Source of the DNA: a virus
Lineage: Duplodnaviria > Caudoviricetes
Length of the DNA stretch: 64,000 nt
Direction: 5' to 3' (one strand)
Virus record (IMG/VR): IMGVR_UViG_3300028832_000004
Coordinates: 32,001 to 96,000 of that record
Shown here: one piece after another, positions 48,225 through 58,347 of the stretch
Layout of the letters: every line of letters begins with the position of its first letter
How positions within the stretch are numbered: position 1 is the stretch's first letter
Made by a program: the position numbers and the translations under genes
The notes under the pieces: model-generated
The model's input: only the letters and a program-made list of their open reading frames with translations
What the model was told of the DNA's origin: nothing
Databases searched by the model: none

Positions 48225-48815
48225 TTAATTTGATGCTCCGGAAGAGTATGCGGCAGCGAACTTTTCGGCAAGGTTCCATGCATCGGAGTCCGGGCGCCAA
48301 AAATCATAACGCAGGCCAAGATTCGAAGGAACGGATACCTTGCGCTCGTCAAACAACGATTCCCAAAATTCCGTTATGAATTCGGGGAACTCATCACACT
48401 GATTCGTCCAAGAATAATCCTCGCACTCCTTGAGCGGCTCATATGTGCGTATGAATGTTTCCATCTCGCATCCGGGAAATAGCCAAAGGACCGTGATGCC
48501 GCGGTGCACAATCACCACGCCGTCGCCGGAGCAATCAAAAGGTACTCCGCGTTCCATCGTTGCGGATTGCTCGAGGAGATACTGGCGGTAATACGGGTCT
48601 TCGCCAATGTTAAGGTTGTCGAAAGCATGCGACCCGCGTTTCTTTTTAAGGATTTCTTCCGTGTAGCGAATAGCGTGCCTTGCAGAATCCGGGGTAATGC
48701 GCCCTTTCAAAAACTTCAAATAGTCCGCTCGCATTGTGTTTAGGAACGGCATTAATTTTTCAATGGGCGCAATGGTGTCCGGCACCTTGTAGCAGTTATA
48801 ACATCTAGTGCTCAT
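48225..48815 (-). CDS. Hypothetical protein
   Basis: 196-aa ORF in the minus-strand early block. Confidence 0.6.
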   Translation of the reverse strand: MSTRCYNCYKVPDTIAPIEKLMPFLNTMRADYLKFLKGRITPDSARHAIRYTEEILKKKRGSHAFDNLNIGEDPYYRQYLLEQSATMERGVPFDCSGDGVVIVHRGITVLWLFPGCEMETFIRTYEPLKECEDYSWTNQCDEFPEFITEFWESLFDERKVSVPSNLGLRYDFWRPDSDAWNLAEKFAAAYSSGASN

Positions 48816-50255
48816 AATCTGCCGCTACCAGTAAACGACGACCTGAATCCCATCGTTGCTGGGCTGGACGGTAGTAACGTCGCCGGTGCCCCACCCCAAA
48901 CATTTAAGTTCATGCAGGACCTTCGTGGTGCATGTCGACAACGGCACGTCATTCGTGCAGGCAAACTCAACGGTGCAGGAGCGTGCCCCGGTGGCGCGGG
49001 CGGCATCCGGGATGGTTTCGTTCAGGCGCGTTTGCACATAGCCACGCCAATCAAAGCCTTCACGGGAAAGTTCAAGCGCCTTCTGCGGCGTAATATCGTT
49101 AACGGTTGTTTTATCCATGGGATTATTTCTCCGGTACAGTATTGGTTTGGTTATGGGACAATTCTTCCAGCTTTGCCCCGAATTTTAAATGTCCGGCAAA
49201 TTCAAAAAGGCATTCCGCAATCTTCGATTCAAGATTGACCTTGCCTAAATACTTCATGAACGGGCTAGTCCCTTCGCGGGCAGCACGCAAATCGCCGGTG
49301 TAGTAAGATGCCTGAAAATCGGTGTGCCAATCAACCTCGCCAACCTTGCGCCAAATTCCAATTCCGTGCGAGATCGGGCCGGCACAAGAAATCTTGACAA
49401 ATATGCGCTTGATTGACGGGGAAGATGAATTCTCATACATTTCGTTTTTCATTTCGCAACCTCATATTTTTGCCGCCTCTATAATATGGCGGGCCCGCTC
49501 AAAAAAGCGATTGACTATGTCAATATCCTTGAAATGATACATTATGCTGTCGCTCATGGTAGGGAATCGGGTAACTCTCACGCCGGAGTCCGAATCGCGC
49601 GGACCGGATTTGCGATCCGCCACGGCAGCTAACGCTACTACCATCATTGCGTAATGTGAAAGCTTGGCACTGCAAAGCTTTTGCCCGGAAGGCCCTTCCG
49701 GTACCATCGCATCGCAAATCTCATGCCATATGCCAATTCCTCTATCTTCCATGTGACACCTCGAACTATTTATACAAAATTCAATCGCGGCGGCATTGAT
49801 CCTTTTTGAATCGCCCGTAATTGAAATCGGTGTAGGCAAAGAAAAAGCCTAGAATGTGAAAGTTGAGATCGAGGCAGTTGTCTTTCCCTTTGATGGCGCC
49901 ATTTGAATGACACCAAAAGTGGAATATGTGGTGGGGAACCCACTGGCAACTTACAACCAGCCCCCGGTTTTATCCACCACTCAATCAGCATAAGGCTCCA
50001 CCCGATCGGATGGAGGAGCGTGAGCCTGCCCTTAAACAAATTCTTCATAACACTACCATTTAAATTTTTCGGCATATTTACGGCGCATGGTTATTTCCTC
50101 TTTGCAGGCGCCTTCACAAAGGCAACCTTAAGTTGCCCGTTAGCCCCGGCGATCAGCATCGGAGCGCTGTATGTTGTTTCCTTCTTCATCTTGTTCCCTT
50201 TCATATTTGAGTTGGACGGTTCGGTGTCCGGGCATTGTTCTGTTCTTCCTTCACC

Positions 50256-50756
50256 TTAGCCTACCTTCGCGACGTTCTTGAGGAGCCAATGAATCTGCTT
50301 TGCCTTGTTCTTGCCCTGAGCCATATTGATGATCCAAGTAGCCTGTTTGTTCTCGTTGAGCGCGATCTCTGCTACCTTGAGCGCCTTTTCGACGAGTTCA
50401 CGGTATTCCTTCGGAATGACGAGGTCGCCGCGTTCGTTTACTTTAGCGATCTTGGCAGCCTTTGCAGCCTTTGCCTTTGCCTTAGCGAGCTCTTTCGATC
50501 GAGACGGGCGGCGTTCTATCGTAACATCATTTCCATAGAGTTCTCGGCATTCCAAGATTCGGCCGTTCGGGAATTCAAGAGTCATGATAGCACCGCCATC
50601 CGTGAGGTAGCCCTTGAGACCGTTGTTGTTGATCCAATCGGTGCGGAATTCCTGTTCGACCTTCTTGCCATTTTCCATGAGATTGTAGAAAATTTTTTTG
50701 AATTCTTCCGGTTCCATCTCGGCGAGTTCCGGTTCGGTTTTGATTTTTGCTTCCAT
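50256..50756 (-). CDS. Hypothetical early protein
   Basis: Follows cassette copy 8. Confidence 0.7.
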   Translation of the reverse strand: MEAKIKTEPELAEMEPEEFKKIFYNLMENGKKVEQEFRTDWINNNGLKGYLTDGGAIMTLEFPNGRILECRELYGNDVTIERRPSRSKELAKAKAKAAKAAKIAKVNERGDLVIPKEYRELVEKALKVAEIALNENKQATWIINMAQGKNKAKQIHWLLKNVAKVG

Positions 50757-50832
50757 ATTATCTTTCCTTGGTTAGGCGCATACCTAGCGCCGTATATCCT
50801 AAATATACACCTATATACTGAAAAAGACACCT
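50757..50832 (-). promoter_or_regulatory. Early promoter cassette, copy 8
   Basis: GTGTCTTTTTCA (50819-50830), N11, TATATT; hairpin GGCGC-TAGGTAT-GCGCC. Confidence 0.85.
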
Positions 50833-51903
50833 ATTTCTTGTGCATTTTCCGTTTGAGGGCATTTTTGAGATGGTTATGTCGATGGCCGCCTTTCATATGG
50901 GGCTTGCAACGCTGCCAGCCGCCGTCGTGGCGCGTAACAAAGGTTCCGGCCTTTACGTGGATGTAACTGCCGAATCCGTGGCGATCTACCTCAAGCGGAA
51001 TAAAACGGTCCACCGCATATTGATACACGGTGGATAGATCGGTGAGCTTGGCCGGGATGGTATACCAGCTGAACTTGCGCATTACAAATGAATAGCGGAT
51101 AGATCCGCAACGTAATAGTCCGCCTTGCATTCCTGGCAGCGATAGTGGCGGCAGACCACGCCTCGAAGTCGGACCGGTTCATCATACACTAGAAAGCGCG
51201 TGGACCCGCAAATGCCTGCCTTGATGGGGCGCGTACATTTGTCAGGAACCTCAACACGGATTCGATGCGGCTTGTGGTTGAGTTTGGTGCTTTCAATCAT
51301 TTGATAGTGGCCTGCTGTTGTTTCTTTGCAAGAACTTCCTTGAAGACTTCCTTGAAGCACTTTTCGCACAGGTCAAAGCGCTGGCCCTTGCTCCGAGGCT
51401 TATCGTAAAGCATATCCTTGACTGTGATTTCACGGCGGGGATTCTTTTTGCAAATATCGCAAACAATCATTTTGATGCTCCTTTGTTAAAAAGAAAAGGC
51501 TGGCGGCTCGTCTAGCAATGGTTATTGAAACGCTGCAGTGCACATCGGCGCTATCAATGCCATTACATCATAAACCAACCGCCTGCCCTGCCAACACATC
51601 TCCTCCGAATACCCTAGGTCGGCAACGGGAGCTACCACATTACAGACTATTAGGACTTACGGTGTCGATTATCCGGACGCGAATCCGGCAGTCAGCTTTC
51701 TAAACTTATCGGCAAAACGACCACCGCTTTTCATAGCAGGTCATACACATATGCCCATCCTGCATTGTTCCGAGCGTGACCGGCTTGCCACATTCTATAC
51801 ATACGTTTTTAGGAACTGAAAGAGACACGCGTTTAGTTTTCTTTCGCAAAGTCATACTACCCCCTACACTGCTTGACCCTTTCAAGACCCTTGTGCTCCA
51901 CAT

Positions 51904-52698
51904 TCAGCCACTTCTGCGCTTCTTCATAGCAGCCCCGTCCTTTGCGAGGCACTTGCTTTCCAAGCGGTCCGCCTTGGTTTGCATTTCCAAATAATTCTCT
52001 TTTCGGTCATGCGCAATCTTGCGAAGGGTGCTTCTTTCGTCGGTGACGTCCTTAATAATTTTGTCACGGGACGCTACCTGCTCGTCCAAGAATTTAACCT
52101 TCTTTTCATAGGCGGCATTTTCGGCATTGAGTTCATCGATCACGGTTTGGTTGTCATCGCGTTCGGCGCAGACATTGACGGCACAGTCTTCATACTCCGC
52201 CAGCTTCTTTTTCAGGTCCTCAATTTCCTTGTCCTTCGCCTCGCACGAGGCAGCCTTCGCTTTCAGCTCCTCAATTTCTTTTTGACAATTCTCCAAGGAA
52301 TCCAGGGGAAAGCCGCAAATTTTGACAAATTCATCAAATGACACGGGGTTCTCCCTATTAAAAAGGGCCCCATTTTCAAATTCTTCCAATCTTTTGCGCT
52401 GGTCCTCAATTTCTTTATTCTTTTCCGCAATGACCTTATCAACGTCTTCGAAATCACACACCCACTGTTCACCGGTCTCCGGGCTGCCAATCATCCAGGG
52501 CTTCAGCGCCATAGTCTTCGGGCGGGGAAGGTAGTTGTCCTCGTAATCGCGGATTGTGCGGTCCTTCACGTCAAGCAGGTCGCGCACTTCCTGAATATGA
52601 ACCCACACGCCCATCGGATCTTCCGGCATGAAGGCAATAGCCTTCCCTGCGCCTAGCACCTTAATATCGGGTCTATGTCTTTTCAAATTCTCGTTCAT
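51904..52698 (-). CDS. Coiled-coil hypothetical protein
   Basis: Repeated DVDKVIAEK/KDKEIEELK-type heptads. Confidence 0.65.
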   Translation of the reverse strand: MNENLKRHRPDIKVLGAGKAIAFMPEDPMGVWVHIQEVRDLLDVKDRTIRDYEDNYLPRPKTMALKPWMIGSPETGEQWVCDFEDVDKVIAEKNKEIEDQRKRLEEFENGALFNRENPVSFDEFVKICGFPLDSLENCQKEIEELKAKAASCEAKDKEIEDLKKKLAEYEDCAVNVCAERDDNQTVIDELNAENAAYEKKVKFLDEQVASRDKIIKDVTDERSTLRKIAHDRKENYLEMQTKADRLESKCLAKDGAAMKKRRSG

Positions 52699-53442
52699 TT
52701 GGTTGCCTCCTCATCATCATACGCTTCTTTTTCGCGCGCAATAACTTTTTTTCTGCCGTCCCGGATCACCCAATAATCTCCTTCTTTTTGGTAATTGCAA
52801 TTAAGCGCCGTGCACATTCCATCCAAGAATCCTCTTAGGTATTTAAGCTGGACGTTTTCAAACCCAATGACATCATTGTCGCCTCGCTTTTGCTTGTCGT
52901 TGAGAATTTCGCCAACGAAATCCTCTAATTTGTTTTGCAAGAGTTCAACGAATTCGGTTCGCATTTAGCAGCCTCCGAGGTTTCCTCAAATTTACGGTTA
53001 TTGGCGTGGGCGTTCTTGAGATATACCCTAGCTTCTTTGCCCTCCTGCAAGGCCATAAAGTATGCGGTTTCGGACTTCAAGTGCAGCTTATCTTCCATTT
53101 CAGCCTCCTACGCACGCAAAGTCAAGCGCAAGCACTTATCGGAGCCCACCGAGAAGAAAGCATTCATCTTCTCGGAAGCGATATGGTGGTAGGCATAAAT
53201 ATGATGGGGCGCGCTTGGGCTAACCGAGGAGTCATCTCGGAGATACGCCTGCCCGCAATAAACACGATCCGGATGAAGTTTGAGCAACGCATTATACATC
53301 ACTTCAGCCCTCCTGTAGGCTGTGGCGAAATCGTAGCTGCTCACCGTGACGTCGGCATCTTCATTGGCGTAGCAATCTTCGGCACCATCAAAGAGGCCGG
53401 AGAATTTAATTTCCCAATAAAGGTTTCCGTGTTCCTGCATGA

Positions 53443-53727
53443 TTAAGCCTCCTTCTTGGTTTCGCGGTAAAGGATCGTGTAGGTCAATATGACCGTATCG
53501 TGGCGGCCGTTGTTATGGCGGTCGACTGTATAAGGCGTAACCTTGATGTCAACCACATCGGCCTGCTCCTTTTTGATCCACGTGTTGATCTTCTTGTCGA
53601 TTTCACATTCAGTCAACGGAGTGCCGTTCTTGTTGACACGCGCGATGAAGGCGAGATCGTCGTCGTGATGGACATCGTTGCCTGCCGCGTTAGAGATGAG
53701 GAACTGGAATGTCTTTGTCTTAATCAT
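53443..53727 (-). CDS. Hypothetical early protein
   Basis: Follows cassette copy 9. Confidence 0.65.
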   Translation of the reverse strand: MIKTKTFQFLISNAAGNDVHHDDDLAFIARVNKNGTPLTECEIDKKINTWIKKEQADVVDIKVTPYTVDRHNNGRHDTVILTYTILYRETKKEA

Positions 53728-53800
53728 ATTCTTTCCTTGATTCGGCACTACCTGTGTCCTTATGACTATAATATAACTTCGTTATTTGAAAAAGACACTG
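53728..53800 (-). promoter_or_regulatory. Early promoter cassette, copy 9
   Basis: GTGTCTTTTTCA (53787-53798), N11, TATATT; hairpin GGACAC-AGGTA-GTGCC. Confidence 0.85.
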
Positions 53801-53854
53801 GTTTTTGAAAAAATTAGGCATATTTATAAAAGACCATAAAAACCAGGAGATTCC

Positions 53855-53929
53855 ATGCATATCAAAAACGTTTACCGCAACGAGGCGACACAAAAGTATC
53901 TAATCGCCAGCGACGGCAAGACCACCTAG
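53855..53929 (+). pseudogene. 24-aa ORF made mostly of the propeptide motif
   Basis: AGGAGA RBS; MHIKNVYRNE|ATQKYLIASDGKTT then TAG. Confidence 0.5.
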
Positions 53930-54142
53930 GTAGGCCCAAATATGGAAGCGGCAGCATCAAGAAAATTCCAGCCTAATTTTCGCACTAGTCAAAATCATCA
54001 AAGAGCGCCACGAAAAGGGCGGGAAGCAATGCGCCGCCCGCCCTAATCAGTTTCATTCTTTTACCGCTACCCGCGAACGGACGGAGAAATGCTCACGCCA
54101 AGCAGAAACTGTAACAATAACCGCGTGTGAAGATGTTCGCAA

Positions 54143-54246
54143 TATTTGATGGGCGATTCGAACCTCCCACCTCCACCTTGATCCGGTGGCGCTCTTCCGT
54201 GGCGTGTTCACCTTTCGACGGATGAACACGTCTAAGCTAATCAAAT
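54143..54246 (-). ncRNA. tRNA-like RNA with a hairpin inserted in the D-loop
   Basis: Acceptor ATTTGAT/ATCAAAT; D-stem GCTT/GAGC enclosing CGTGTTCATC/GGTGAACACG; CCACC-GGATCAA-GGTGG; GGTTCGAATC. Confidence 0.7.
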
Positions 54247-54305
54247 ATCACTTGATGGAAGTGCCAAGTTTACGAGATCGCTTGGCACTTCCGCCCGAAT
54301 TTTAG

Positions 54306-54665
54306 TGGGCGCCGAAGGATTCGAACCTTCACAGTCTTACGACATGCAGGGAATCCATGGGAGCTTATCCCCATTTTATCCACTGCATCGCCTCGCCAGC
54401 TCCATCGTTCCAATACCGCACATTTACTTCAGCAACGATATTAGCTACATATCGTTAACCTTTCTGTTATTGGCATCTTCAGTCGTTTCAGCGATTCCCG
54501 ATCCGATCTACTCCAGCTTAGAGCGATTCCTTCACGGATCTACCTACTCCTTTATATGGCACTTTCATTAGGAATGACCAAGATCGCAGCTACAAAGAGC
54601 AACCAATGTAACCCACTTTCGGAGTCGTCAATCTTTCTCTTACTAGTGAATGGCGGAGAACGCCC
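54306..54665 (-). ncRNA. 360-nt RNA with a tRNA-like frame and large internal insert
   Basis: Acceptor GGGCGTT/GGCGCCC; T-arm GAAGG-TTCGAAT-CCTTC; variable hairpin GTC-GTAA-GAC; CGCCA/TGGCG closes the insert. Confidence 0.6.
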
Positions 54666-54688
54666 GTATTTAATGCACAAGTGCATAG

Positions 54689-54765
54689 TGGCAGTTTTGG
54701 GAATCGAACCCATCATCGTACTAGCTTTCGAAAGCTAGGTGCTCTCCCGACTGAGCTATACTGCC
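54689..54765 (-). ncRNA. Aberrant tRNA (Arg-UCG-like) with palindromic anticodon arm
   Basis: D-arm GCTC-AGTCGGGA-GAGC; CTAGC-TTTCGAAA-GCTAG; GGGTTCGATTCCC. Confidence 0.7.
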
Positions 54766-54819
54766 ATAAAAGGTGACCTGACTCAGCGCGGTGCACTCTT
54801 GTCTAATCGCCTTATGTTA

Positions 54820-54852
54820 ATAATATACGTCTTTATTTTGAAGAAGACACCG
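54820..54852 (-). promoter_or_regulatory. Early promoter, copy 10 (drives the tRNA-like island)
   Basis: GTGTCTTCTTCA (54839-54850), N11, TATATT. Confidence 0.8.
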
Positions 54853-55552
54853 GGTAATTCAAAAAAAATCAAATTTTTTTATAAGAGCCCGGTCGAGACG
54901 CCTAATTTCTTGGTCAAGCATTCCTTAATGGCTTCTTCAAGCGCAAGACGATCGCCAAGATTAAAATCCGCCTTATAATGGCGGAGGATGGCGGACGACG
55001 CGTCGGCGACATCAAGAGGGCCAGTCTCCGAATTATCATCCGGTTCAAATTCATATCCACATGCGGGGCATTCAGTCATTGGGTGCCTCCCTATAGCCGT
55101 TTAATCGCATATACGGCGCTTTTTAGCCTTGTTTTCGCCGTCGCCTTCGTTCATATCGCCGGATGCAATTTTATCAAGCACATCGGCGCTTTTGCGCAAA
55201 TTCTTGGCGGCATCCGCAAGCGCCGCAGCAGTTTTCTTATCCATCATTTGAGTCTCCTCGATAGGGGTGTAGCGTTGTATTCGGCACGCACCGCATGGCT
55301 TGCTTCAGTGCTCGCCAATGCCGAACGTATGCCTAGGTTTTGAATAGCCGAAAGATATTCCTCGGATGTCAATGGATGGGCACGTAATACCTGCGGTATG
55401 GTTATCACAAGCTTCCATGCCTCAACCTCATCCGGGGTCATCCCGGTAAAATCATATACGATGAATCCCGAAGGATTCTTTTTCATACGCGGGACAATTA
55501 CATATCCGGTGTCCGAGTTCGCAATAAATGCCTCAAGCAGCATGGACACTCC

Positions 55553-56521
55553 TTAGGAAGGGACTCGGCTAACGGAAATAAGGGCCGCACCGGCCGGATG
55601 CTTCTCATCTATGGCAGCCTGTAACGTACGGACCAAGGCAACCCCTCGCATGGCGGTCGCAAACACACCGGAGATCGGCTGAGGATAGCCGACCGGCCAG
55701 TAGGAAACGAGATAGGCGATTTCGTCAGGGAAAAGTTTGTCTTCCGGCTTGCATTCAATCGGAACTTCGATGTGGTTGATTACCATCTTCGGCTTTTCTT
55801 TTAACTGGCATTCTCCAGCATCCGCCAGGCGACAGCCCAATACACCGCGCCTGCGAAGATATTCAATCTTCTTACGGGCATGCGCAACATCCCAATTACA
55901 GTCCGCAAGGACAGTTCTACAAGTGGTGGCATCAGCGCCGGTCTCAGCGGACAACGCCTGAGCCATTTCATAGCGGGCACGCACGTCTGCCGTAACGGGA
56001 GCGCCGACGTCGGCCGAAATATTAATATCCAAGCGTTTGGGCGGTTCTATCTGTTCCGTCGGGGAAACTTGCGGTGTCCAAGTCACGGTATTCTTTGCGG
56101 TCTCGCTTGCAGTCAAGCGCGTCAGCGAAATGCCAAGATGCTGGGTATCGAATGCGGTCTGCAAATCTTTTGCCCAAGTCTCGACCATCCATTCGAGGGT
56201 CGGGTTGGCTTCAACGATGTGAAGGCGGGCGGTTTCATAGTCCGACATCAAGGCGGGGGCGAGCGGATCCGCCGCATTGAAGCAGGCGCCATGATCCCAC
56301 ACGTCATCAAGGACGCGCTTGACAATTTCCTTCAACTTCTTGAAGTCAACAATCATACCATCCTTGTTAAGGCTTCCATGTTTGGAAGCCACCGTAATTT
56401 CGACCTCGTAGCGATGGCCGTGCAAATGGCGGCAGCGTTGAGCATATGATGTCAAAAGACGATGCGCTATCTCCAGCTCGGTGTAAGTAGTCAACTCAAG
56501 CATTCTTATTCCTTTGGGCAT
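55553..56521 (-). CDS. queD: 6-carboxytetrahydropterin synthase with C-terminal extension
   Basis: AHRL..Y..RCRHLHGHRY, GMIVDF, WDH, NPTLE and SETAKN motifs. Confidence 0.9.
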   Translation of the reverse strand: MPKGIRMLELTTYTELEIAHRLLTSYAQRCRHLHGHRYEVEITVASKHGSLNKDGMIVDFKKLKEIVKRVLDDVWDHGACFNAADPLAPALMSDYETARLHIVEANPTLEWMVETWAKDLQTAFDTQHLGISLTRLTASETAKNTVTWTPQVSPTEQIEPPKRLDINISADVGAPVTADVRARYEMAQALSAETGADATTCRTVLADCNWDVAHARKKIEYLRRRGVLGCRLADAGECQLKEKPKMVINHIEVPIECKPEDKLFPDEIAYLVSYWPVGYPQPISGVFATAMRGVALVRTLQAAIDEKHPAGAALISVSRVPS

Positions 56522-56551
56522 GGCGCCCGATTATTGCATTCTTTTTCAAAA

Positions 56552-56962
56552 TTATACGTCCGGGCATTTTCCGGCGTTCTCGGTCCCCGGGGACCCTTTG
56601 CCTTCTGCCTCGGCGATTAATGCGGCAATGGCGACGCCGGTATTTTCGGAAACGGAAGGCGGCGCTGTTATATCTGCTTCCCTTAGCTTGCAGGCGCGAT
56701 TCAAGGTATCCACTACATAATCATGGAGTTCATGCAATGCCTCCGGGGTATTTGCCTGAGCCACGGTAAAGGATACCAACGCGGATACCAAATCGGTAAT
56801 ACGCGCATTGACAATTGCCGGGGCGAAATATTCGTCCTTGCCCTTGACAAAAAGAAACCCGCCGTGGTGAAGGGCGGTCATGGTTGCCTTTTGTAAAGTC
56901 TTCTTGGAAGTTTCAAGCGTGTTCGCCTGCTTAATCTTATGTTTACGTTCTTTTTTCTTCAT
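56552..56962 (-). CDS. Hypothetical protein, probably leaderless
   Basis: CGTATAAT box 6 nt upstream. Confidence 0.6.
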   Translation of the reverse strand: MKKKERKHKIKQANTLETSKKTLQKATMTALHHGGFLFVKGKDEYFAPAIVNARITDLVSALVSFTVAQANTPEALHELHDYVVDTLNRACKLREADITAPPSVSENTGVAIAALIAEAEGKGSPGTENAGKCPDV

Positions 56963-57291
56963 GTCTTAATTATACGAAAAGCGCCTCTCCCCGGTGAAAA
57001 CAAAAATCGGTCCAGCCGGACCATGCCGGTTGCTACTTAAAACGGGGAGAGGCGCAGGTTCTCAGTCGTCCAACTTCTTTGAGAGCCGGACAACCCAAAC
57101 GGTGTTATGTATCGCCGAGCCTATACACAGCGGCATCACTATCATGAATGACAATGTCTGCGACACGGTCGGCGCCATAATCTTGTCCAAATAGCATACA
57201 GCAAAAAACCCGGTGAGGAACCAAAACCAAGCAGCCTTCGCCACCCGATAAAAATAGTCCCTTCGGATTTGTTCTTTGCCCGGGCAGCCCA

Positions 57292-57954
57292 TTAGTCCGC
57301 CTCGCGTTCAATATCTATCGGCGGATCCTCGGGACATTCAACACCTGCCGTGCGGCAAATCTCGCCCCAACTGAATCCGGTTTCATCCCGGACAATCGAG
57401 CGGAATGTTTCGCGGCCGCTTCTTATGTCAAGGGAATGATTCGTGCGCTCCTTGCCATCAAGAAAGTCCAAGGCGCCCTGACCCATCTTGTCAAGCCTTT
57501 CACGGATCTTTTCGGCGGCCGCTTCCATCTCCAGCTTGCGCCGTTTCTCAATATATTCGGTCACATATTTCTTCGGGTCATCCTTCGCAATGTCAAACTT
57601 CGAATCAATCATCGGCAACTCCTTATACTCGATCGTTACCGAATCCCTTGTCCGGATTCCGAAGGACACTTGAGCAACGCCACGCCCGTAAAGGTCAAGC
57701 GCACCCTTTCTGAACCTGACGCGGTCCACCGTAATGAGGAAAAAATCCTTACAATGGTCGATACCCATAAGCGTCTTGCCAATATAACCCTCGACCTTTT
57801 CAACAATGGCCGGATTGATCAGCGCAAGAATTTCTCGCATTGCTTCCGAAACCACTTGCGTCTGCTTGCCCCAAATCTCATGGGACTGGCGGCGCAAATC
57901 AACAACCGTTTCAAGGTTCTTACGGATCTTTTCAACACTTTCTTTCTTGTCCAT
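57292..57954 (-). CDS. Hypothetical protein
   Basis: GAGG RBS; 220 aa. Confidence 0.65.
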   Translation of the reverse strand: MDKKESVEKIRKNLETVVDLRRQSHEIWGKQTQVVSEAMREILALINPAIVEKVEGYIGKTLMGIDHCKDFFLITVDRVRFRKGALDLYGRGVAQVSFGIRTRDSVTIEYKELPMIDSKFDIAKDDPKKYVTEYIEKRRKLEMEAAAEKIRERLDKMGQGALDFLDGKERTNHSLDIRSGRETFRSIVRDETGFSWGEICRTAGVECPEDPPIDIEREAD

Positions 57955-58080
57955 AAATTATTTCCTCTTAAATTTTTCAGTGAATACGAAAAAACATATA
58001 TATATATCACGGGGGCAGCCCGTTTCCTTGTGTCTTTTTCACTATATACGACAACCGCATTCCGCGTCGCATATTCATGA

Positions 58081-58347
58081 TTACGGGGCGTGTTGAATTA
58101 GCGGGTAAAGCGTATCATCCCCGGGCGGAATTGCGCCTAGCGCATTATACTCAAAGTACTCCTCCGCAACCTCGCGCGTCATCCCATCACGCGTCATAAG
58201 TATACCAATGCACTTCTCATAATCGTAGACTACCCGAAATGCCTTGCCTACATCCTTATATCCGGATATGGCGGCGTCATATCCGTCCAATACTAGCGGA
58301 TGGCAATTACGGCGATCCGCCAATTCATCAATTTCTTCACGGGTCAT
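58081..58347 (-). CDS. Conserved phage hypothetical protein
   Basis: DGYDAAISG..VVYD..KCI..L..DGMT.E.A.EYFEYN motif. Confidence 0.65.
   Translation of the reverse strand: MTREEIDELADRRNCHPLVLDGYDAAISGYKDVGKAFRVVYDYEKCIGILMTRDGMTREVAEEYFEYNALGAIPPGDDTLYPLIQHAP

Noticed and set aside
50455-50485. GCCTTT/GCAGCCTTT short repeats
   Set aside because: Ordinary Ala/Lys low-complexity coding sequence.
53855-54046. TAG read-through or genome-wide amber recoding
   Set aside because: TAG ends several clear genes (for example at 5866, 6984, 22381, 29504), and long core genes are intact in the standard code.
54306-54665. Canonical tmRNA, given its size and a possible ANNRKVNDM frame
   Set aside because: No G3-U70 pair, no GGxTTCGAC D-loop, and no Ala-Ala-ending tag.
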